Positions 9,114 to 17,883 of a stretch of DNA of 38,088 nucleotides are shown piece after piece. The DNA lies in IMG/VR virus record IMGVR_UViG_3300042970_000016; one strand, written 5' to 3'. Both the position numbers and the translations under genes were made by a program. Below the pieces are notes generated by a model. That model did not search any database. It had not been told where the DNA came from and saw only the letters and a list, made by a program, of their open reading frames with translations. The first letter of the stretch is position 1. Each line of letters opens with the position of its first letter. Source of the stretch: a virus.

Positions 9114-10721
9114 TCAGATGAAAAGGATGCCGCGGCTGTCATAGACGGACTCGGCATTGTCGTTTCCCATGCGGATCGCGCGGTCGAGGGCCATGATGGT
9201 GGCGATCGCGCCGTCGATCTTCTCCGTGGATTTCTCCTTGTCGGCCTTGATGTTCCCGGCGGGGTCGGTGCGGATGTAGATGTTGTCCATCATCCAGCGG
9301 AGGACCGGATGCCCGCCGTGCGCGATGCGCTTCTCAAGGACGAGCTTCATGAGCTCCTTGGTGGGCGGGCTCATGTCCTTGAAGCCCTGTCCGAACGGGA
9401 CGACGGTGAAGCCCATGCCTTCGAGGTTCTGCACCATCTGGACGGCTCCCCATCGGTCGAAGGCGATCTCGCGGATGTTGAACCGCTCGCCGAGGCGTTC
9501 GATGAACTTCTCGATATAGCCGTAGTGGATGACGTTTCCCTCCGTGGTCTGGATGACGCCCTGTTTCTCCCAGAGGTCGTAGGGGACGTGGTCGCGGCGG
9601 ACCCGGAGGTCGAGCGTGTCCTCGGGAACCCAGAAGTACGGGAGGATCGCATACCTGTCGTCATCGTCCTGCGGAGGGAACACGAGGACGAAGGCGGTGA
9701 TGTCGGTCGTGCTGGAAAGGTCGAGCCCTCCGTAGCAGACGCGGCCCTCAAGGTCGTCCTCGTTCACCGGGAAGTCGCAGGCGTCCCATTTGTCCATCGG
9801 CATCCAGCGGACGGACTGCTTCACCCACTGGTTGAGGCGGAGCTGCCGGAAGGCGTTCTCCTCGCCGGGATTTTGCTTCGCGCTCTCGCAGGCCGCCTTG
9901 ACCTTGTCGATGCCGACCGTGATGCCGAGGCTCGGGTTCGCTTTCTTCCAGACCTTCGGGTCCGTCCAGTCCTCGGACTCGTCCGCTCCGAAGATGACCG
10001 GGTAGAAGGTCGGATCGTGCTTCCTGCCGTTCATGATGTCGAGTGCCTTCTCATGCTGCTCGTAGCAGATGGAGTGCGTGTCGTTCCCGGCGGTGGTGAT
10101 GAGGAAGAACAAGGGCTGCATCCTCGCGTCGCCGGATCCTTTGGTCATGACGTCGAAGAGCTTGCGGTTCGGCTGCGTGTGAAGCTCGTCGAAGATGACG
10201 CCGTGCGTGTTGAACCCGTGCTTGTTCGCGACATCCGCGGACAGCACCTGGTAGAAGCTGTGCGTCGGCAGGTATTCGAGCCGCTTCTGCGATTCGAGGA
10301 TCTTCACGCGCTTTGAAAGAGCGGGGCAGAAGCGGACCATGTCGACCGCGACGTCGAACACGATCTTGGCCTGGTTCCGGTCGGCGGCGCAGCCATACAC
10401 CTCGGCGCGCTCTTCATTGTCCCCGCAGGTCAGGAGCAGCGCGATCGCCGCGGCAAGCTCCGATTTACCTTGCTTCTTGGGTATCTCCACGTAGGCGGTG
10501 TTGAACTGCCGGTAGCCGTTCTCCTTGATCACGCCGAACAGGTCGCGGACGATCTGCTCCTGCCAGTCGATGAGCTCGAAGGGCTTTCCGGCCCAGGTGC
10601 CTTTGGTATGGCAGAGCTGCTCGATGAACAGGCAGGCGTAGTCGGCGAGGTTCTCGTCGTAGTGGGAGGTCTTCTCCATGAACCGTGTGACCTTGTATTT
10701 CTTCAGTTTCCGTACTGCCAA
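9114..10721 (-). CDS. terL: Terminase large subunit
   Basis: Probable TTG start at 10721 behind GGGAGTGA; Walker A IPKKQGKS, Walker B VIFDELH, ITTAG, GLDLS and KIDG nuclease motifs. Confidence 0.95.
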   Translation of the reverse strand: MAVRKLKKYKVTRFMEKTSHYDENLADYACLFIEQLCHTKGTWAGKPFELIDWQEQIVRDLFGVIKENGYRQFNTAYVEIPKKQGKSELAAAIALLLTCGDNEERAEVYGCAADRNQAKIVFDVAVDMVRFCPALSKRVKILESQKRLEYLPTHSFYQVLSADVANKHGFNTHGVIFDELHTQPNRKLFDVMTKGSGDARMQPLFFLITTAGNDTHSICYEQHEKALDIMNGRKHDPTFYPVIFGADESEDWTDPKVWKKANPSLGITVGIDKVKAACESAKQNPGEENAFRQLRLNQWVKQSVRWMPMDKWDACDFPVNEDDLEGRVCYGGLDLSSTTDITAFVLVFPPQDDDDRYAILPYFWVPEDTLDLRVRRDHVPYDLWEKQGVIQTTEGNVIHYGYIEKFIERLGERFNIREIAFDRWGAVQMVQNLEGMGFTVVPFGQGFKDMSPPTKELMKLVLEKRIAHGGHPVLRWMMDNIYIRTDPAGNIKADKEKSTEKIDGAIATIMALDRAIRMGNDNAESVYDSRGILFI

Positions 10722-10743
10722 TGGAAAATCACTCCCTTCATGG

Positions 10744-10770
10744 CATAAAAATAACCGCATCGCTGCGGCT
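10744..10770 (-). terminator. Intrinsic terminator just upstream of terL
   Basis: Minus strand AGCCGCAgcgaTGCGGTT followed by ATTTTTAT; a second hairpin at about 10782-10812. Confidence 0.55.
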
Positions 10771-10837
10771 TCTATCAGTACGAGAGCAGGAGCCTTGAAC
10801 GGCTCTGCTTTCGGAATATTCAAATTCAGGTTAATGC

Positions 10838-11065
10838 TTAGTTGTACTGCTTCATGAGTACCGTGCAGGCAAGCTGGCTTGCCTCGTTCTCGGGTTCGAT
10901 GTCCCAGCCGCGGTCGTAGTTCAGGGTGGTTCTGCCGCCGACCCGGAGCTCCATCTTCGAGATGCGGCCTCCGTCGATCCCGTATTCCTCGGAAGGCTCC
11001 GCGTAGTGCTTCACCCAGTATTTCACGTTTGTTCCGTCGATCAGAAGTGTTCCTTCGTCCCACAT
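10838..11065 (-). CDS. Small accessory phage protein (75 aa)
   Basis: GGAGG RBS, own upstream promoter motif; YGIDGGRISK...YDRGWDIEP pattern typical of this prophage family. Confidence 0.8.
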   Translation of the reverse strand: MWDEGTLLIDGTNVKYWVKHYAEPSEEYGIDGGRISKMELRVGGRTTLNYDRGWDIEPENEASQLACTVLMKQYN

Positions 11066-11113
11066 AGTCGTACCCTCCGTTTGCTGTGCTTTTCTCTTTC
11101 GGTGTGTACATAT

Positions 11114-11140
11114 ATCACTCCGGACGCCTGTAATAGCAAG
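11114..11140 (-). promoter_or_regulatory. Repeated promoter motif copy 1 (CTTGCTAT-N12-GAGTGAT)
   Basis: Same bipartite motif and 12-bp spacing at three intergenic sites, each before a small gene. Confidence 0.7.
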
Positions 11141-11202
11141 TCGTTTCCGGAGAATATATGTGACAATCTTCAGGGCAATTTCCGCGGGGAAAATTGTGTG
11201 GT

Positions 11203-11670
11203 TTACAGCTGGAATTCAATGCCGTTCTTGCGTTCTGGCTCCTTGCTGCCGAAGCGGTGGTCGTCGGCTCTGGTGACGGTCTTGAGCCCGCGCATCTGGT
11301 AGCCGAGCGCCGTCAGTTCGTAGATGCCGTCCATCAGGCCGGTGCTCTGGTCAGTCACCACAATCGCGGTGATGCCTGCCTTGCGGAGAGTGTCAACGAA
11401 GTCGGCCATCTCGTGGTCCCAAGGCAGATCGTCGACCTCGAAGGCATCCGCGCCGTTCCTAAGGCTCCGGTCGTAAAGGACCAGCGCCTTGTTCTGACCG
11501 GCGGTGAAGGGGGACGGGAATTCCTCCTTTTCGCGCTTGTCGAAGGCTTTTACGCCGTCCCAGTTGTCCGCGGCGATCATGGCGTCGCGTTCCTTTTCGC
11601 GGATGGCCTGCGCCTCGTTGTAGGCGATCGCCGTGTCTCTCATTGCTTCAAAGTATGTGTTCTTTTCCAT
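11203..11670 (-). CDS. Accessory phage protein, unknown function (155 aa)
   Basis: GGGAGG RBS, phage-like codon usage, upstream promoter motif. Confidence 0.8.
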   Translation of the reverse strand: MEKNTYFEAMRDTAIAYNEAQAIREKERDAMIAADNWDGVKAFDKREKEEFPSPFTAGQNKALVLYDRSLRNGADAFEVDDLPWDHEMADFVDTLRKAGITAIVVTDQSTGLMDGIYELTALGYQMRGLKTVTRADDHRFGSKEPERKNGIEFQL

Positions 11671-11733
11671 TGTGTGTTCCTCCCGATTTTCGCTTGTTTG
11701 CTTGGCTTTCTGTGTCTTTCGGCATGTATATAC

Positions 11734-11760
11734 ATCACTCTTTCGAGGGTATATAGCAAG
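11734..11760 (-). promoter_or_regulatory. Repeated promoter motif copy 2
   Basis: CTTGCTAT-ATACCCTCGAAA-GAGTGAT. Confidence 0.7.
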
Positions 11761-11802
11761 TCAATTCGGCCAGATTAATTGATAACTTTCTGTGTCTGAA
11801 AA

Positions 11803-11988
11803 TCAGGATTCCTGCGTTTCGCCGGTCATGATGAAATGCACGTATTCCTTCTTGTGCTCCTCGATGAATATCACCAGCTCGTAGTAGTTCCGGTCGAAGG
11901 CGAGGCGCTGCACGTAGGGTAGGTCGAACATGTTCGCCAGCCCGGTGTCGCGGATCGCGAGGATCTGCTCTTTGACTTTCTCGTCCAT
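11803..11988 (-). CDS. DUF5049-like small protein
   Basis: EQILAIRDTGLANMFD...EYVHFIMTG; usual neighbour of DUF4314. Confidence 0.85.
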   Translation of the reverse strand: MDEKVKEQILAIRDTGLANMFDLPYVQRLAFDRNYYELVIFIEEHKKEYVHFIMTGETQES

Positions 11989-11989
11989 G

Positions 11990-12020
11990 TCAGTCCACCA
12001 CCTTCCGCACGATGTCCTCG
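11990..12020 (-). pseudogene. Detached 3' end of DUF4314 gene (EDIVRKVVD-stop)
   Basis: Continues in frame from ...NVIYG at 15527 when the RIT element is removed. Confidence 0.85.
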
Positions 12021-12046
12021 TTATGTAGAGCTCTACATAACGAGGA
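12015..12046. repeat. Perfect 32-bp palindrome TCCTCGTTATGTAGAGCTCTACATAACGAGGA at RIT left end
   Basis: Self-complementary, checked base by base; arms repeat the TTATGTAGAG box of the terminal inverted repeat. Confidence 0.95.
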
Positions 12047-12078
12047 TTATGCGGTGAAAATCATTATGTAGAGTATAG

Positions 12079-12115
12079 TGTCGGGAAGACCGTGTTTGCT
12101 ACGAACTTCCCGACA
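12079..12115 (-). terminator. Hairpin downstream of ritC
   Basis: TGTCGGGAAG ... CTTCCCGACA 10-bp inverted repeat; no strong U tract. Confidence 0.4.
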
Positions 12116-12132
12116 AACACTCAGCATAATAT

Positions 12133-13161
12133 TTACAATGATTTCCCGTATCCTTCGAGCCAAGATAGTAAATCTTTGTCCTCTGTCCAAAATGGGACAT
12201 CTGACGTATCGGGAACTATTGCGACTTTCTCCAATGCCTTTTTCTTCATTTCAAGGTTGGATCGGGCGTAGATACCGGTTGTCGCTATATTCACATGGCC
12301 GAGTATGTCCCGTATATAGACGATGTTCACACCCGCTTCGAGCAAATGCATTGCTTTTGAGTGTCTCAGAATATGAGGCGTGACCTTTTCCGGGATTGTG
12401 GGCTGCTCCGTCCGAGCGGCTGCGACATACTTTTGCAAGATATAACCTATACCAGACCGTGACAGTGCCTCGTTCCGCTGGTTAAAAAACACCGGATGCT
12501 CGTTCATCTGCCCTCCCTGCAACAGGTGATTCTCTTTCATGTAATTCGAGATGAGGGTTGCCGTCTGATCCATCAGTGGGACAACACGCTTCTTATTGCC
12601 TTTGCCAAGAAGTGTTACCTGTGCCGGAGCCTGCAATCTTACTGCCCCAATGGTCAAGTCGGCTATCTCCTGAACACGGCCGCCCGTATCATAGAGAACG
12701 CAAAGCAATGTCAAATCCCTGCGTCCTTTGCGCGTCGAAGTGTCCGGCTGCTTAAGGATTAATTCGAGATCCTCTTTGTAGAGATATGAAACAAACCTTG
12801 CCGGCGATTTGCGGTTTGGAATGTTCAGCACCTGCTGGCATAGGCTAATCAGCTGAGGTTCCTCACCTTGAACGTATTTGTAAAAGGAGTGTATTGCCGC
12901 CAACCTCTGGTTAACAGTGGATGCCGAGGATTTACGTTCATCTTCAAGCCACTTCAAAAAGGATTCCACCGTCCTACGGTCGGCATCCTTAAACTTGATC
13001 TGGTTCGGATCTATGTCCTTGGCTGCCTTCATATAGGATATGAAAAGTCTGAATGTGTCGCAATACGAAGCAATCGTGTTTGTACTGAATCTCCGCTGGC
13101 TGGGCAGGTAATCGCTCAGAAATTTTCCGAGCAGGTGTTGGAATTGATTATCCCTCCTCAT
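12133..13161 (-). CDS. ritC: Tyrosine recombinase RitC
   Basis: Start MRRDNQ after GGAGG; LYDTGGR, GKGNK, HILRHS, LGH, TTGIY catalytic motifs. Confidence 0.93.
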   Translation of the reverse strand: MRRDNQFQHLLGKFLSDYLPSQRRFSTNTIASYCDTFRLFISYMKAAKDIDPNQIKFKDADRRTVESFLKWLEDERKSSASTVNQRLAAIHSFYKYVQGEEPQLISLCQQVLNIPNRKSPARFVSYLYKEDLELILKQPDTSTRKGRRDLTLLCVLYDTGGRVQEIADLTIGAVRLQAPAQVTLLGKGNKKRVVPLMDQTATLISNYMKENHLLQGGQMNEHPVFFNQRNEALSRSGIGYILQKYVAAARTEQPTIPEKVTPHILRHSKAMHLLEAGVNIVYIRDILGHVNIATTGIYARSNLEMKKKALEKVAIVPDTSDVPFWTEDKDLLSWLEGYGKSL

Positions 13162-14149
13162 ACACGTGTCCTCCGTTTGGTATGATATACCCAAAGTACT
13201 TTTCTACGCGCCGCGTGATATCAGGGAAGACATCCGCCGTGAGCCGTAAGTACTTGTTTACTGAGCCGAGGTTTACATGCCCCATGTAGCTGGAAAGCAC
13301 AGGGAGAAGGGCATTTACCTGTTCTCCATCGTCAACCCATTTTTTGAGACAATGCACTGCAAATGTGTGCCGGAGATCATGAATTCTGGGGCCGTCGTCG
13401 TTTTTAGGAATGCCTGCGGAATGGAGTATCTGGTTCCACATGTATGTAACTGTGCTATGACCGTATTTGCCACCGCTTGGAGCAGAAAAGAAGATCCCGG
13501 AAGAATCAGCACCATCAAGCACTGTTTCTTGGTATGTTGCGCAACGGTCGGATAGCTGCCGGCTCATTGGGACATAACGGTCGACCTTGCTTTTGCCACC
13601 TTTTATCGTGATTATGCCGTTTTCAATGTCAACGTCTCCAATAGTAAGGGAGAGAGCTTCATTCAAACGGAGTCCGCACGAATATAGTACCCGGAAAAGG
13701 AGTGCCGCGACATCCCGCCTGTGTGGGCTTGATAACGGCGCATTAAGATTATCCGCGGCCTGGAATAGCCTTTTCAGTTCATCTGCTGTAAAGATATGCG
13801 GTATAAATGTCGAATCGCTGTGCGTATCTTCGGGCAGGATGATTGTCTTAGTACATGGCAGATCATGGGCAACGAAATAATCGGTGAGCTGGGTGGAAAC
13901 CGTGATCCGGGAACGCCATGTCTTCGTGCTTTCCGTTGGAGTACGAACGCTCCATGCGTCAATCAGCTCCTTTGGAAGCGTGTTCGGCGCTATGCCGAGT
14001 TCCTGGCTCAACCTGTCTATTTGGAGAAGCCTCCATGACTCGGAGGAATATTTGTATCCGAGCGCCCGTTTCTCTTCGAGGAACCCCTTGAGCTGCTCGG
14101 CTATAGGCCCAGTAAAATCCGGCATGAAAATACGGTTAGGTTCAGGCAT
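13148..14149 (-). CDS. ritB: Tyrosine recombinase RitB
   Basis: LYSCGLR, HDLRHTFAVH, LSSYMGH, KYL motifs; middle gene of trio. Confidence 0.93.
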   Translation of the reverse strand: MPEPNRIFMPDFTGPIAEQLKGFLEEKRALGYKYSSESWRLLQIDRLSQELGIAPNTLPKELIDAWSVRTPTESTKTWRSRITVSTQLTDYFVAHDLPCTKTIILPEDTHSDSTFIPHIFTADELKRLFQAADNLNAPLSSPHRRDVAALLFRVLYSCGLRLNEALSLTIGDVDIENGIITIKGGKSKVDRYVPMSRQLSDRCATYQETVLDGADSSGIFFSAPSGGKYGHSTVTYMWNQILHSAGIPKNDDGPRIHDLRHTFAVHCLKKWVDDGEQVNALLPVLSSYMGHVNLGSVNKYLRLTADVFPDITRRVEKYFGYIIPNGGHVYEEG

Positions 14150-15374
14150 CGGCCATCACCTCCTCCGGATTTAATGCACAGAGACGAAGCTTTTCAATGT
14201 CGGCACGAAGATACCTGTTGGTTGATGCCGGGTCAGCATGGCCTAAGACGGCTGATATGGTTTCATACTCAATGCCCGCATCCATCATGTGGGTGGCCAG
14301 CGAGAAACGTAAGGTATGGGGACCGTGCGGCTTTTCGCTTTCAACACTAATTCCTGCAGTGCGTAAATACTTCTGCATTTGATACCAAAAGCGGTCTATT
14401 TTCCCGTATGGTGCTGAATGCCTTACAAATACATATGGGCTGGAATCTTCCGGGCGACCATGCTTTAGATAGTCAATGATAGCCTTTCCGATTTCCTCGC
14501 TCAATGGTAGCTCTTGTGGGACACCTGTTTTCTCCTGGGTGAACCGGATGATGCATTTAACCCAGTCGATGTTTTCGAACTTGAGGGAAACGATATCCCC
14601 CGATCGCATCCCGAGGTGTATCGCCAGCATAAAGATGGCGTAATCCCGTTTTCCGACGGAAGTCCCCCTCTCAATAGCCGCCAGCAACCTCTCCGTCTCA
14701 TCCGGCGTCCATGTGTGCGCAAGGCGCTGCCTGCGTCGGGAGGCCTTTGGAACATACAAAGAAAGATCCTGTTCCGTAAACTGCTCCTCATAAAGGAATT
14801 TGAGGAAGCTCCTGAGTACGTTGACCTTATCGGAAATGGTGTTCAATGCTCTTGCCGTAAGGAATTGTAGAAAACCGGAAACAGTATCTTTGTTAAGGTT
14901 TTTCAACTCAGGTGTTGACATTATTCCGCTCTGCTTCAAAAACATCAGGAACGGTCTGATAGTCCACATCTTACCATCAATGGTCCCTTGCCTTAAGTGG
15001 CGTTCCATGCAGGAAGACGTGAAACGGTTGAGAACCTCGGAATAGGATTCCAATGATATGACCCCAATCTTCGTGGTTCGTATCAGCCCGGCATCATTCT
15101 GTATGAGCAGGAGATAAAGAAGCGGACGGACCGTAGTATAATGTACTTTCTTGCAGTCAGTCGAATAAATGTCATCCCCTTCGATATCGATGTTGTATTC
15201 CTCTTGCAGGAATGTTCGTGCTAAGTCCCATGAGAATTCATCAATGCGATATTTCTGGGCGTAGATTTGAAGTTTACGCCAGATAGCAACATATTTCCTG
15301 ATGAAATCATCGCAGAACTTTTGCTCATGGAGCATTTGCGTTGCCGCAGCAACTAAATCTGTAACTTTTGCCAT
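14142..15374 (-). CDS. ritA: Tyrosine recombinase RitA
   Basis: Start MAKVTDL after GGAGGTG; LGMR, QEKT, HTLR, LGH, TNRY motifs. Confidence 0.93.
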   Translation of the reverse strand: MAKVTDLVAAATQMLHEQKFCDDFIRKYVAIWRKLQIYAQKYRIDEFSWDLARTFLQEEYNIDIEGDDIYSTDCKKVHYTTVRPLLYLLLIQNDAGLIRTTKIGVISLESYSEVLNRFTSSCMERHLRQGTIDGKMWTIRPFLMFLKQSGIMSTPELKNLNKDTVSGFLQFLTARALNTISDKVNVLRSFLKFLYEEQFTEQDLSLYVPKASRRRQRLAHTWTPDETERLLAAIERGTSVGKRDYAIFMLAIHLGMRSGDIVSLKFENIDWVKCIIRFTQEKTGVPQELPLSEEIGKAIIDYLKHGRPEDSSPYVFVRHSAPYGKIDRFWYQMQKYLRTAGISVESEKPHGPHTLRFSLATHMMDAGIEYETISAVLGHADPASTNRYLRADIEKLRLCALNPEEVMADA

Positions 15375-15495
15375 GTGGTGGCACCTCCTTTGAATTTGAT
15401 ACAAAAGAGTATGTGCTATCAGGCAAAAAGGCACAATATTATGTAGAATGTTTTTACGAAAAGGCAAGTAAAAATCACTATTTTATCCGCATACT

Positions 15496-15720
15496 CTACA
15501 TAATGATTTTCACCGCATAATCTTCGCCGTAGATCACGTTGAGCCCGCCGCCGTTGTCCCAGTGGACCAGCAGGCTTCCGGTATCATCGACGCCGTAAAC
15601 CGTGCCGCGGGTTCCGGCAGGTGGTGCCTGCACGTCGTCCATCTTGATCAGCTCCACGCGCGTGCCGTTCGGGTAGGCTTTCTTCAGCTGTTCAAGCTGT
15701 TCTGGTCTGATTATCCTCAT
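15496..15720 (-). CDS. DUF4314-like protein with last 7 residues replaced by RIT end sequence
   Basis: YPNGTRVEL..MDD..APPAGT.GTV..VDD.G...V.WDNG; native tail is at 11990-12014. Confidence 0.85.
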   Translation of the reverse strand: MRIIRPEQLEQLKKAYPNGTRVELIKMDDVQAPPAGTRGTVYGVDDTGSLLVHWDNGGGLNVIYGEDYAVKIIM

Positions 15721-16460
15721 GCCTGCACCTCCTCGGTATCTGCAGCTTCTTCGGTGGCTTCCTTCTTGGGAGTGCCGTTCTTCCAGCTTGAGTTGCCTTC
15801 AAGATTCCGGAGCAGGATTTTGCGTTCCTGCTTGTAATCCGCGCCGATGAATCCCAGTCTCAGAAGGAAGCAGCGGAATGCGTACTTCTCGTTGGTGACC
15901 GGTGTCTCGGTTGAGCTTGCTCTTTTCAGATCCTTGGAGAGCTTGCAGAGCTGGGCGATGAACATCGTGTAGGCTCTGGTTTCCTCCGGTGTGGGCAGTT
16001 CCGGGAACCAGGGGAAGGAGATCTTGTCGTCTCTGGTCTCGAACCGCAGGTCGTCGATGCCGAGCGCCTTCTTGATGAGCGTTCCCTTGGCTTCGAGGAT
16101 GTTGGTCAGCGTTCCGACCGCGACCTTGTCGAGCGGAAGCTCAACTGTCAGGCCCATCTCCTCGGTTTCCGGCGCTTCCTCGGCGTCTTCCTCCGACTCG
16201 GCTGCGGCTTCCGGTTCCGTGGGTTCCTGCGGCTCGGGCTCGAATCCTGCGGCTGCGATGGCTTCGAGAACCTTCTCGACCTCCTCGCTGTCCGCCATGT
16301 CGTCGAACTCGAGCGCGCCGTCCTTGGTGACGGTGAAGAAGCCGATCTCGTAGTTGCAGGTCGGCATGAATTTGTATTCTGCCCTGGCTCCGGTGGTGTC
16401 GGAGATGATCTTGACCAGTTCTTTTCTCTGTGCTCCGGTTACGTTGTAGTTGATTCGCAT
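15717..16460 (-). CDS. Conserved prophage protein (often labelled virulence-related protein), function unknown
   Basis: Start MRINYNVTG after GGAGG; acidic linker; C-terminal NEKYAFRCFLLRLGFIG...RKILLRNL motif. Confidence 0.82.
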   Translation of the reverse strand: MRINYNVTGAQRKELVKIISDTTGARAEYKFMPTCNYEIGFFTVTKDGALEFDDMADSEEVEKVLEAIAAAGFEPEPQEPTEPEAAAESEEDAEEAPETEEMGLTVELPLDKVAVGTLTNILEAKGTLIKKALGIDDLRFETRDDKISFPWFPELPTPEETRAYTMFIAQLCKLSKDLKRASSTETPVTNEKYAFRCFLLRLGFIGADYKQERKILLRNLEGNSSWKNGTPKKEATEEAADTEEVQA

Positions 16461-16521
16461 TGTGTTAACCTCCTTGGTATGCGTCTGTCCGAAGGCCATG
16501 TGCCTTTCGGCATGTCTATAC

Positions 16522-16548
16522 ATCACTCTGAAGGCCTGTAATAGCAAG
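16522..16548 (-). promoter_or_regulatory. Repeated promoter motif copy 3
   Basis: CTTGCTAT-TACAGGCCTTCA-GAGTGAT. Confidence 0.7.
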
Positions 16549-16623
16549 CGAATCCGCGATACTTCTCCGGTAGAAAATAAGCCGATTATCCGACCCTGAA
16601 ACTGTGCTTAGTACACAAAGGAA

Positions 16624-17883
16624 TCACTCGCCGTCCGGCAGCTCGACTTCTTTAACGAGGTCGGAGTACATGAGCTTCTTGCCGTCCCGGATGACATACA
16701 CATTTTCGGAATCGCCGGTGTCCTCCACATAGCGGCGGAGGATGACGGAGGCGTATTTCGGATCGAGCTCCATCATCATGCAGGTGCGGTTGAGCTGCTC
16801 GCAGGCCATGAGCGTGGAGCCGGAGCCGCCGAACGTATCGAGGACGACGGCGTTCTCCTGCGTGGAGTTCTGGATCGGATAGCCGAGCAGGTCAAGCGGC
16901 TTGCTGGTCGGATGATCCTTGTTGCGCTTCGGCTTGTCGAAGTTCCATATGGTGGTTTCTGCGCGTCCTGCGTACCATGGATGCTTGCCGTTCTGGAGGA
17001 ATCCGTAGAGCACGGGCTCATGCTGCCACTGGTAGTCGGAACGTCCGAGCACGAGGGAGTTCTTCACCCAGATGCACACGCCCGCGAGATGGAATCCCGC
17101 GTCGACGAATGCCCGCCGGAAGGTCAGGCCCTCGGTGTCGGCATGGAAGCAGTAGGCCGCGCCGCCTTTCTCCAGATGGTCCGCCATGTTCTTGAATGCG
17201 GAGAGCAGGAAGGTGTAGAATTCCTCGCCCTTGAGGCTGTCGTTCTGGATCGTCAGGCCGTCGGATGCCTTGAAGGAGACGCCGTAGGGCGGGTCCGTCA
17301 GCACGAGGTTCGCGCGCTTGCCGTCCATGAGTGCATCTACATCTTCGACGCTGGTGGCGTCGCCGCACATAAGCTTGTGCCGTCCGACTGTCCAGATGTC
17401 GCCGCGCTCCACGAAGGATGCTTTCTCGAGTGCCGCGGACAGGTCGAAGTCGTCATCCTCGATGTCTTTGTCGGATTCTCCGTTCAGCAGCTTATCCAGT
17501 TCCTTGTCGTCGAAGCCGAGCAGGGAGAGGTCAAAGGCGTTCTCCTGCAGGTCGGCCAGTTCGACGGACAGCATTTCCTCATCCCATCCGGCGTTGAGGG
17601 CGAGTTGGTTGTCCGCGAGAATGTAGGCGCGTTTCTGCGTGTCGGTCAGATCTTCGGCGAAGACGCACGGGACGGTCTTGTATCCTTCCTCACGGGCAGC
17701 CTGAATCCTGCCGTGGCCGACGAGGATGTTGTAATCCTGATCGATAACCGCGGGCGATACGAATCCGAACTCCCGGAGGGAGGAGCGGAGCTGCGCGATC
17801 TGTTCCTTACTATGTGTCCGGGCGTTCCGGGCGTAGGGCACCAGCTTGTCGATCGGCACCTGTTCAAGTCTTTGTGTGTTCAT
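16624..17883 (-). CDS. ParB-N domain plus N6A/N4C DNA methyltransferase (beta class)
   Basis: N-terminal YARNARTH/GHGR/ADN; DPPY motif IV, HPTSKP, DTFGGSGST motif I. Confidence 0.93.
   Translation of the reverse strand: MNTQRLEQVPIDKLVPYARNARTHSKEQIAQLRSSLREFGFVSPAVIDQDYNILVGHGRIQAAREEGYKTVPCVFAEDLTDTQKRAYILADNQLALNAGWDEEMLSVELADLQENAFDLSLLGFDDKELDKLLNGESDKDIEDDDFDLSAALEKASFVERGDIWTVGRHKLMCGDATSVEDVDALMDGKRANLVLTDPPYGVSFKASDGLTIQNDSLKGEEFYTFLLSAFKNMADHLEKGGAAYCFHADTEGLTFRRAFVDAGFHLAGVCIWVKNSLVLGRSDYQWQHEPVLYGFLQNGKHPWYAGRAETTIWNFDKPKRNKDHPTSKPLDLLGYPIQNSTQENAVVLDTFGGSGSTLMACEQLNRTCMMMELDPKYASVILRRYVEDTGDSENVYVIRDGKKLMYSDLVKEVELPDGE

Larger units (their letters stand above)
12021..15520 (-). 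mobile_element. RIT (recombinase in trio) element, 3500 bp
   Basis: Three overlapping tyrosine recombinase genes, lower GC; inverted repeats 12041-12076 / 15491-15526 (35 of 36 match); flanking 6-bp TCCTCG / TCTTCG. Confidence 0.93.

Noticed and set aside
290-10316. Long alternative-frame and antisense ORFs (290-1417, 811-3039, 6173-7150, 9309-10316 etc.)
   Set aside because: Shadows of GC3-rich phage genes; R/H/G-rich low-information translations, no RBS or motifs
10722-11111. 130-aa N-terminal extension of terL given by the ORF track
   Set aside because: Overlaps a real 75-aa gene, a promoter and terminators; a good RBS plus TTG lies at 10721
12133-15374. Tyrosine recombinases as the prophage integrase
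   Set aside because: Bounded by their own IRs, different composition, and inserted within a phage gene
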